In this document: one piece after another, positions 54,747 to 64,000 of the stretch
Layout of the letters: each line of letters opens with the position of its first letter
Numbering within the stretch: position 1 is the stretch's first letter
DNA from: Lingula anatina
Taxonomy: Eukaryota; Animalia; Brachiopoda
Direction: 5' to 3'
Assembly (NCBI GenBank): GCA_051362555.1
Contig: CM120645.1
Span: 14,074,001-14,138,000 of the forward strand
DNA: 64,000 bases
Notes under the pieces: generated by a model
Databases searched by the model: none
Told to the model about the DNA's origin: nothing
The model's input: the letters and a program-made list of their open reading frames with translations, nothing else
Translations under genes and position numbers: made by a program

Positions 54747-55361
54747 TCAAACTGTCTTTACTATATACATATTATTAACAAGATTGAAATTATTTTTATA
54801 GTATGTCCTTATATTTCTATTAGCTTTGTTCATAGACGAAATGCATTTTTTCCAAAAAGACTTGTCAGTTGTTTCAGTGATAAACATTTTGTTAGCCATA
54901 TCTTTAATATAGTTCAGTCTATATTTGCATATAGGATCTCGCCCATCTACACCCGTAACATTTCTGTCCTTTCGTATTCGTTCATCAATCGTAAACAACC
55001 TTCCCATCAACTGAACGCATAAGTTGCCTGGTGAACTGGCCCGTTGTCGAATTTCGAATATTTCTTTATTTGACAAGGCGAGAGGTGGCCGGCCGAAAGA
55101 CGAATTCCTTGATTTTGTAGGACACAAAGTAGGAACTGTGTACGTGACCGGTGGCGGTAAAGTTGTGCATGTAGACCTCAACGGTAAGGGTGTCGCACAG
55201 AGGCTTGGGAAAGGAGGAGGAGGCGGCGGTGTCACACATGGACTTGGAAATGGAGGTGGCGATCTAAAGCCCAAACTTAACCAAAGGCCTTCTTCATACT
55301 TAAAAGCATCAAAAGAAATTAATTTAAAAAGCTGGATTACAATCTCTCGGGCTAACTTCAC
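54747..55361 (-). CDS. BEN-domain protein with a proline-rich repeat region (transposon cargo; true 5' end uncertain)
   Basis: PGNLCVQLMGRLFTIDE...NVTG...PICKYRLNYIK...WKKCISSMNKANR follows the BEN-domain pattern and is preceded by PPPFPSxCxT repeats. Confidence 0.65.
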   Translation of the reverse strand: MKLAREIVIQLFKLISFDAFKYEEGLWLSLGFRSPPPFPSPCVTPPPPPPFPSLCATPLPLRSTCTTLPPPVTYTVPTLCPTKSRNSSFGRPPLALSNKEIFEIRQRASSPGNLCVQLMGRLFTIDERIRKDRNVTGVDGRDPICKYRLNYIKDMANKMFITETTDKSFWKKCISSMNKANRNIRTYYKNNFNLVNNMYIVKTV

Positions 55362-55691
55362 TGGTTGGCACGTGTCATCTCACATTAATTAACAATCAGT
55401 TCAGGTTAGCTTTATTCATGCTGGGTAAACACAGTGATTAAGCCCTGACTATTACATAATCAATACTGTGTGACACGCGTCGTCTAAAATTAATGTTAAC
55501 ATTGCGATGACACTCTTTAATCCAAACTAATCAACTGGTCACGTGTCAACAGGATTGTTTGTGTATCTGGACTTCCTAAACGGCCAAAAAGTATTTTGTT
55601 TAATATGACATGTTTATGTCACTGATTTCCATGCCATCGTGTCAGCTGCCAAGTAAACGGTATAAATCAACACTCAAATTTTTGTTTAATA

Positions 55692-56130
55692 TTGCCGATA
55701 AGCCACGAAGTGGACGTATTTCAAAGGTTGACCTGCGCCAGTGGTGTAATGAACGCGGACTTTTACACAGATGTATTAGGTGAGGCCCTGATCCCAGCGA
55801 TACGTGATATGTTCCCAGACGGCCACAAGTTTCAGCAGGACAACGACAGCAAACATACCAGCCGAGTTGCTGCTGCATTTATTGAGCAACACGGTATTAA
55901 TTGGTTTCGCACCCCTCCAGAAAGCCCCGACCTTAACCCTATTGAAAACGTATGGGCTGAAATCAAACATCACCTGCGTACGCGTGCTAAGCCTACCACG
56001 AGGGAACAATTTGTTGACGGCATTAGAGAAGCATGGGAAAATATTAACGCAGAAAAGTGTAATAAATATTACACTAAAGAAGGTTATTCCAGCGGTAATT
56101 GAGAGAGAAGGTCGTGTATCAGGCTACTAC
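55692..56130 (+). pseudogene. Tc1 DD34E transposase, C-terminal part, frameshifted
   Basis: FQQDNDSKHTS...SPDLNPIENVW with 34 residues between D and E. The C-terminus LKKVIPAVIEREGRVSGY lies in another frame (shift at ~56070). The first catalytic D and the HTH region were not found. Confidence 0.88.
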
Positions 56131-56830
56131 ACTAGAAACACATGTAATAAAGGCGATGAGACATTGATATTTATTTGATGTATTAGCTATTTAAAATTTT
56201 CCATTTTAACTACGCTTTTGTTGATCGTGACTTATTATAATCAAATAAAATTGTTATACGTGTTTTAAAACTAAGCCTGATTTGTTTTTCAGACTTTTGT
56301 TCTAATATTCGACTTGCCTTTACTCGAGTCTTCTGTTGCAGTTGATATATAACCCGGTATTGTTTGCTCGTGTCGATAGCAATCTCTATGCATCAGCTAT
56401 AATAGAAACCTTAAGAGAGGCAATTAAGAAGGGGCAGACCGTGTTCGTTAAACCGACTAATTTGGGTGTCTGATAAGGATTGCTTGGGGATTCCCCTACC
56501 CTGTAATTATCATACGGCCTCTATTGTTTGACCATGTGGGGCAGGGTTGGGAAACCATACGGCCATTTGGTAAGGGGAGATTCCGGCGGCACTGTAGAAG
56601 GAAATTTGGAAATAGAGTGTACATAAGACACATCACGTGAAAATTGGGGTTTGGCTATCGTTTGGGCGTGGTAGTCAAAAGGGTATAAAAAGAGACCACT
56701 GGCTCTCTTTTAACTACTTGCTTACTTACTCACTTACTTACTACTTACTTATTCACTACTTCATTTACAGTTCTTCGTGTGGAATTATCTTAGTGCCGGC
56801 TGCAGTGATCTTCAAGCTATTAATTTCAAG

Positions 56831-59177
56831 TAGCTATCCCGGAGCAGATTGTTATACAGATCACAGACTGGTAATGGCGAAATTAAGGCTCAAATTAAAG
56901 GGATAATAACTCTTCGTTTTGGCCAAAAAATGAATTTTCCTGGAGTAAACAACAATTTTCCCATACTTACCAATGCTTAATGAATCCATTTTCACATTCT
57001 AAGTTAGTCCCTGTTTTTTTTCTAAAAAGTTTGGTTTTTTGTTAAAATCTCTTAAGAGATTTTAACAGAGTACAGCCATCAATGGAAGTCACGTGATCTG
57101 AAGACAAGCTCAGATATCAGAATAATAGCTATAACTGCTGTTTTTTCTGGTACAACAGAATATATTATATTTCTATGAGTTGTTCACAATGTTTTTATTG
57201 TAAAATAAAGATATCATACGAAGAGTTATTATCCCTTTAAAAATTATTCAAAGAGGCAAACGAAAAATAAGGCTGGACCTTGCACACCTGAAGTGCGATT
57301 CAACTCTCCGGGAAAAATATCGTGTAGCGGTCGAAAATAAGTTTGAAAGTCTAGAATGGTCCAACGAAATCGAGCAGAATTGGGAAAATTTAAAAATGTG
57401 TATAACAGAAGCAGCAGAAAAAGAAATACTTAAAAAGAAAACAGAAGCAAAACAAACCTGGATGACAGAGGAAATTCTTACTCTAATGGACAAACGAAGA
57501 GAAGCAGAGAACAACAAAGCTGAATATAAAAAACTGAATCATGAAATCAAAACAAAATGTAACAAAGCAAAGGAAGAATGGCTGGAAGATAAATGCAGAG
57601 AAATTGATATTCAACAAAGGTTTGACTCTCAGATTCTACACAAAAACGTTGAAGAAATAACGGGAAGAAAAAGAACATGTACGGCGACAGGCTGTTTAAA
57701 CGCTAAAGATGACACTGTAATCATGGACAAAGAAGGCATACTTAATCGCTGGGCGGAATACATCCAGGACCTCTTTGAGGACGATTCCAGAGACGAAAAT
57801 TTTACAGTAAAGAACAACTTTGAAGGTCCCTCAATTATGCAAGATGAGGTTAGGAAAGCAATGGAAAGAATGAAGAAAGGCAAAGCTACAGGCCCAGATG
57901 ATATCTCAATCGAACACCTAGAAGCCCTCGGCTCTTTTGGCATCAAAACTCTTACAGATCTTTTAAACGATATTTACAACTCTGGCAGGATTCCAAAAGA
58001 TTTATACAAATCGGTGTTTATTGCCCTCCCGAAGAAACCCGGTGCCATTGAATGCGAGCTCCACAGAACGATTAGTCTTATGAGCCATGTAACTAAAATT
58101 CTCCTTACAGTAATTATTATGAGAGCAAGAAACCGAATTCAGCCTGAGATAGCAAAAGAGCAATGTGGCTTTGTCGAATGAAAAGGCACGACAAATGCAA
58201 TATATATACTACGAACACTGTTAGAAAGGTCTTTGGAAATGCAAAAAGAGGTATACCTCTGCTTCATAGACTACACTAAAGCTTTCGACAGGGTGACGCA
58301 CTGTGAATTATTGAAACAACTCGAGCATTTAAACCTGGACGGAAAGGATATTAGAATTATCAAAAACTTATATTGGGAACAGAAAGCTGCTATGCGGGTC
58401 GATAACGACTTAAACTCATTCCAAAAAATTAAAAGGGGCGTCCGGCAAGGGTGTGTACTGTCTCCTGATCTGTTCTCTCTCTACAGTGAAGAGTTAAACA
58501 GCAAGAAGACGGAAGTAATGGTAGTTAGCCGAAAGAAAGAAATAGCTAACTGTAAAATTTACACAAACGGAACAGAACTAAAACAAACCCTTTTTTTAAA
58601 TACCTAGGAACTCGCATTGCAGCCGATGGGCGCAGCGACACGGAAATAAAATCAAGGATTGCTCAAGCAAAGGCAGCTTTTCAAAAAATGAAATCAGTTT
58701 TAACCAACAAACATCTATCAATTATCACGAGAAAGAAAGTTTTACAATGTTACATCGAACCTATTCTTATGTATGGATGCGAAGCTTGGACCCTAAGTAA
58801 ACAAATGAAGAAGAAAATCGAAGCAACGGAAATGTGGTTTTACATTCGAATGATGCACATACCTTGGACTGATAGAAAAACAAATACAAATGTGTTGAAA
58901 GATGCAGACGCCAAAAGATCGCTCTTTAACAAAATTAGAAAACGACAAGCAAAAATTTTCGGCCACATTATGAGGAATGGTGGTCTTGAGCATTTGACCA
59001 CTACAGCCAAAATCAATGGGAAAAGAAGCCGCGGAAGACAACGGGAAAAAATCACAGACGGTCTGGTATCCTGGATGGGACTGGAGACGACAGTTGACTT
59101 GCTGAGAGCCAAGCGGGACCGAGATGTGTGGAGAGACATGATCGCCAACGCTGAACAGCAGGGCACTGAATGAATGA
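56831..59177 (+). mobile_element. 5'-truncated, inactivated RTE-clade LINE
   Basis: End of the APE domain (SYPGADCYTDHRLV); RT motifs KATGPD, HRTISLMSH, EQCGF, FIDYTKAFDRV, GVRQGCVLSP; C-terminal GKRSRGRQR; (TGAA)n tail. Lesions: stop at 58179, deletion of the YADD region, frameshift at ~58590. Confidence 0.92.
56899..57236. mobile_element. Kolobok-type MITE nested in the RTE LINE
   Basis: TIR agggataataactcttcgt / acgaagagttattatccct with TTAA TSD; removing it restores the LINE frame (LRLKLK-IIQRGK). Confidence 0.88.
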
Positions 59178-59421
59178 GCTACTTTCTAGGCAGTTGCTCA
59201 CCAGGCTTTTAAAGTGTATTATCAATTGTTTCATTGACGGAATAAATAACTTTTCGGAAAAATCAGTGACTTGTCCTTCCTTGATTATCACCGGGATAGA
59301 GAGACTAACATCGGGAATAGACCCCCACGTTCACATACAATAAACTCGGTTGATACGCATATACATGTAGTGCCGGACACTTGCAGGTTTACGTTGAAGT
59401 GGTATGACAAGTTCCTCCCCA

Positions 59422-59471
<50 letters not shown>

Positions 59472-60125
59472 CCTTCCTTGATCACGTCTGATATGGAAAA
59501 CTTTCGATGGGTATTTCTTAGACGTTAAAGGAAACCCTTGCGATTTTAACCCCCTTTTTTTCTAGAAGTCTCGGCGTAAAGACCATGCAAGACCAATACA
59601 ATACAAGAGGTTCTTCATGATCATATGTTTTGAAATGCTTCATTTTGCCTGGAACGCGTCTTGATTTCGTCTTAAATACATTCCAAGTGCATCATCGCTA
59701 CATGCGGTGTTGTAACAAGTCGCAGACTCTGGGACTAAGGCGCATTGATGTCTTGCTCTCTTGTGCATGTCATAAGATTGATAATTTTTTGTTTTTTTTA
59801 ATGAACATTTTAATTTTAATAAAGTCTAAATATACTGGGACTAATTTGCCTTACATTTGAAAAAATTAATATCTAAATTATTCATAATGAGAGCACGCCG
59901 TGAGGGAAGGGATTTTGTAGTCTGTCACAAAATCCCACTCAGGAGTGGATTTGAATTCATTATGCATGTATAAGTGAGTTCATGCAAGACATAATCACTG
60001 TGCATATTGTTCTCACCTTGTTTTCGATCTGCATTAGTAGAGACGACCTCGCCTTGCAACACAGTTAATGATTGTATAATTGAATCAAAATGAGTCATTA
60101 TGATTAAGTGCCATTTATTCCTTTA

Positions 60126-60293
60126 CACAGGGTGGTCCATAAAAAACGACATATTTTACAATTTTGATGCAATTAAGATATTTCCAACTTTCTTTTTCCA
60201 TAAGGATGACCATTTTACCCTTGCAAATTCTGCAGAAATTGGAAACCTTAAAGGTAGTCAATTTGACTGTCGTTTTTCATGGACCACCCTGTA
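60126..60293. mobile_element. Mariner-type MITE
   Basis: TIR cagggtggtccataaaaaacgac / gtcgtttttcatggaccaccctg with TA TSD. Confidence 0.85.
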
Positions 60294-61194
60294 TATTGGT
60301 ACCACAGAGAGCCACGTGGTATTGTAACGAATTTTTCGTAAAGAAATATTTCCAAGAAATCTCATTAGATTTATTATATTGTTGATAAACCAGTGATTTG
60401 TTTTAAATTTAATGCTTTTACATTTTGGCTATAGCACCTTGCCCGCGAGTTCAGTTGGCACAAGTATGAAGAAGTGTAAATCCGTCCTCTAACCCGTGTC
60501 TCCTTGTGCTGAAGAGTAGTTACAGTTATACATGTAATAACTGTCAATATCGATCATTTTTTTTCTTTTTTTTTTTCACGTAAAATTGACACTCTGGGTC
60601 ACGTCTAGTGGCGCGTTTTCTGTAGTATGTGCATTATGCACCCTTGTTCCATTATTGAACAGAAGCCTACATATAGGAAGTAGAAAGAAAAAAAAACTGC
60701 AATAAAAGAGTGTTATGGTACAGTGGTGCAAAGTGTGTGTGCCATTGACGCGATTCAGATGTGATTTTCTAATCAAAACACATTTCAACACAAATTAACA
60801 GTTATAAAAACATTGTGAATATAAACTACCACTACCCGAACTCGAGCTGTAAACTAGTCCTACGCCCGTCATACGTCTTGCATTCCTATGCTAAAGTTAG
60901 TAAAGACCGTCATAAGTTGTTGACGCGGGGTGAGGATAACGGCCCTGGTACGTCTTTATTTGGCATTCGGGTGAATAATTTTGAAACTGGCTCCTCAGTT
61001 TGCAGGTCTTACGTACTCAAGCGTTGTGCCATCCATGCATGTATGATGTAGTGATTTCTGGTTTTTACAAAGTCTTAAAACGTGTTCAATTTCTTAACAC
61101 GGAGATCTCACTATTAAAGCGTATGGCTGATTGGGAAGTGTTTGTTTTGTCAGAAGTGAATGTTGCTTAAAACATGTATTCTAAGTTAGTATAC

Positions 61195-64000
61195 TCAGTG
61201 CAATGCTGTAGCTAACACAATGACCATAACCAAGAGCCTGCCAGCAAATGTTTGTACTCGAATGCTGGCACTGGTCTTCATGGCTGCAATGCTGGGCGAG
61301 CACCGGTCACTGTAGAAATCCTGATGCTTTGTGACGTAGCTTGAGTTGATTTCAGACACTCGAGTGCAACCTGGATCGAAAAAAGCGAATTAAAATAAAT
61401 ATTTTTGCAAGTCTAGTTTGTGCATACTAAGGACCATCTGTAAATTTAATTTTATCCCAATTTGAAAATAATAACACAATTAAATGTTTTACAACAAGAT
61501 CATAAGCAAGTCCACTATTGTGTAGTCTGTAGAACGAAAAACTCATTTAAAAACAAAATATACTCAAAGAAAGGGTAACTATTAAGGCGTTATGCAATCG
61601 GTGCCTTATAACAAGACTTACTGATAAATTAAAAAAAATTGCATCAATTGAAAATTCATCAATGTAATGCATTTGACAAAAGAACCTGTTAATGCCATGA
61701 CAGACGTAAATTCGTTCGAGAGTAATCGCAGCACTTCCGTCACCCCTTGTTCTCCATCGTAGGTCAACCCGTACAAAACTGGTCGACCAACAAATACAGC
61801 TCGTGCACCTAAATAGTGAAAATGCCATACAAATTATCGAATAAGACACATAATATTTTACGTACCTTTTTTGTTTCATCTCTTCATGACACAAGTAGAT
61901 TTACCAACAAGTAAAAAGATTTCAGGAATCTACATGGCATCCATGTTAGGGGCATTTGATAAAACTTTCCCGAATCACCTGGATACAACACTATGAGATA
62001 ATATATAACGATCTGGTGCAGATTTATCAAGTAATTACAACGGTAAACCCACAAATGATATGCTTCTTTCTTCTAATATGCATTCACCAAAACTAACTAT
62101 AACGAACTGTGTTTTTGCGCACAATTGCCATTTGCCAATACAAAATGAGTTTAAGATCATTTTAATGACTTTTTAAAAATTTTTGACTGCGTATATTTGT
62201 ACATTCCTATAAATTGAGAGAGAGAGATTACCTCGATGTCCCTTATTCAATGTTGATTCTTGCTCAATGAGTGAAATGTACAGTTTCGATAGTATTTCAC
62301 AAAAATAAAATAAATCAAAAGATTACAAAATAGTAAAAAGTTAACACACTAAATGGCGTTGTTGCCTGCCTACCTAGCGCCAAAGCAGTGAAAACGTCCC
62401 GGCCAGTTCTAACACCGCTGTCTAGATACACTTCACAGCGCCCTCTCACGGCTTGAATCACCTCTGGCAGAACCTCCAGAGTCGCTGGAACACCATCCAG
62501 CACCCTTAAAATGGAATACCAATATTTCAGTTTAAGACAATGTTCTCACAACACTCAAAACTAAGGCCAAGTTCTACACTAAACCAAGACAGACAGACAA
62601 AAACAGACAAACAGAGAGAAACGAAGCGTTACACATGGCCTCAAGCAATCGGCACGTTTGCTCACCTCCCACCGTGATTAGACACGATAATAGCGCTGGC
62701 CCCTCTTTCCACGGCATTTGATGCATCTTCGCCATTCAGCACTCCTTTTATCACAATCGGCAACTTTGTAATACTTTTCAACCACGTGATGTCGTCCCAC
62801 GTGGCGGCACTTCTGCTCTTGTAGGAATCAGTGGGTGCATTTGGTCTTTGCCAGCCAGTCTTATTTAGAAGCCCGCGCATTATGGCGTACGTGATTGGCG
62901 GGCCTTGGCGGTCTATAGTTACCACAATGGCACGCGCACCTATAACACCAAAGATGCCAATTATTCATGATTGATATTTAACAAAAAAAAATTGATGTTT
63001 AAATGCCTCTTTTGAGAGAACAAAACTTCGTCTCAATATCAGTAATCTTAAACCATTTTGTAACACTAGTACTGCTCTTGCAACAGCATTTGGTGTCAGC
63101 ACAACCACTTGAAAGCTTGCCACGTAATCCCTTAATGAACACTGGATTCGGACTCGGTTTGGGAAAATTTCAAGTGGGTCGACCATATTTGATCCACAGA
63201 CTAGTTAGTCTGTCCTACTTCATGTGGAATATATATACAATATATAGTTTATAACAATGATTTGCGTCTTAGAAATACACTAGTTGACATTTCAGTTACC
63301 TTACCAGCATTCTCAGCACGTTTCACCCACTGTGAAGTAAGGTTCAATGGTCTTAAGATGTAAATTTGTTGCCAAAGTTCCACGTTAGTCTCATTGACGA
63401 CGTTTTCTAAGGCGGTTGACGAACTAGCGGCTAATATCATTTGACGATTCATGTTTTTCGCAGCCAAGGCTGTGGCGATCTCCCCCATGGGATGAAATAA
63501 ATTCTGGTAGGACATCGGGCAAATACCTTATGAAGACAAAAACAGTTTCAACGTAAATGATAGTGACAAGCAAATGATGTTTACATTATTATACGTATAG
63601 GATGGAATTCTCTGTAAAAAAAAAATAAGGAAAATAATTCCACATTCAATATATACCCGACCCGAGTGACTTACTGCCCCAATGCCCCTTGTTTATTATA
63701 ATGGCGTTATATAGTGATGGACTTTGGTAAGCAGTTCATGTTTTATTGGATTGAATTATATGAAAATGACACTGGGCAATGAGTGCAGGGGGGGGGGGAG
63801 GGGATATAAACTATACAGAGTATCTATCTACGTTCTATTTTCTCTGGATCGAATCCTGCACACCAACCCCGGCAATCTTACATAATGTATGAAAGGCCAC
63901 TGAAAGGCGTTAACAAGTTACTGTTTGATACTATATAGTCACTGACTGCGTTGTCATAGTACCGATAGGAGATGCCACTGGACGCCCAAGAAGCGTCGTA
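61195..64000 (-). CDS. HAO1: FMN-dependent alpha-hydroxy-acid oxidase, tandem copy 2 (5' part beyond the window). Exons >64000-63963, 63526-63305, 62939-62666, 62504-62374, 61808-61686, 61370-61195
   Basis: Exon lengths (222, 274, 131, 123, 176) and splice positions are identical to copy 1. The frame is open; catalytic SNHGGR and IKG are intact; the protein ends ...[26 protein letters not shown]. Confidence 0.92.

Larger units (their letters stand above)
54239..56594 (+). mobile_element. Tc1/mariner element (2356 bp) carrying a transposase remnant and a BEN-domain ORF
   Basis: Perfect 25-bp TIR cagtgccgccggaatctccccttac / gtaaggggagattccggcggcactg with TA TSD. Confidence 0.9.

Noticed and set aside
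57248-59291. Minus-strand ORFs over the LINE, and similar ones over the GPCR and BEN ORF
   Set aside because: Antisense or alternate-frame shadows of real coding sequence.
61547-61894. 115-aa ORF overlapping oxidase copy 2 exon 6
   Set aside because: Wrong frame; the true exon reads [10 protein letters not shown], as in copy 1.

Overview
AT-rich, intron- and transposon-rich animal (probably invertebrate) genomic DNA, not prokaryotic. Contents in order: (1) the 3' part of a + strand gene (exons 12781-13356, 19453-19606, 20109-20143) whose product has an AKAP-type amphipathic helix and a C-terminal CaaX-like motif; (2) a class A GPCR of the Moody/Tre1/GPR84 type with one coding exon (32684-33853); (3) about 13.5 kb of nested tandem duplications of a ~1 kb non-coding module; (4) two tandem minus-strand FMN-dependent alpha-hydroxy-acid oxidase genes, one complete (7 exons, 408 aa) and one cut by the window end. 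Unlike peroxisomal HAO/glycolate oxidase, the complete copy has an N-terminal signal-peptide-like exon. Both copies have N-glycosylation sequons, a hydrophobic GPI-signal-like tail, no PTS1 and a remodelled substrate pocket, so they are predicted cell-surface oxidases; (5) between the oxidase genes, a TIR-bounded Tc1 (DD34E) element carrying a BEN-domain ORF, and a dead RTE LINE split by a Kolobok-type MITE. Many MITEs, HINE-like elements and microsatellites occur throughout. All gene models were built by hand from splice signals and reading-frame continuity; no searches were run.
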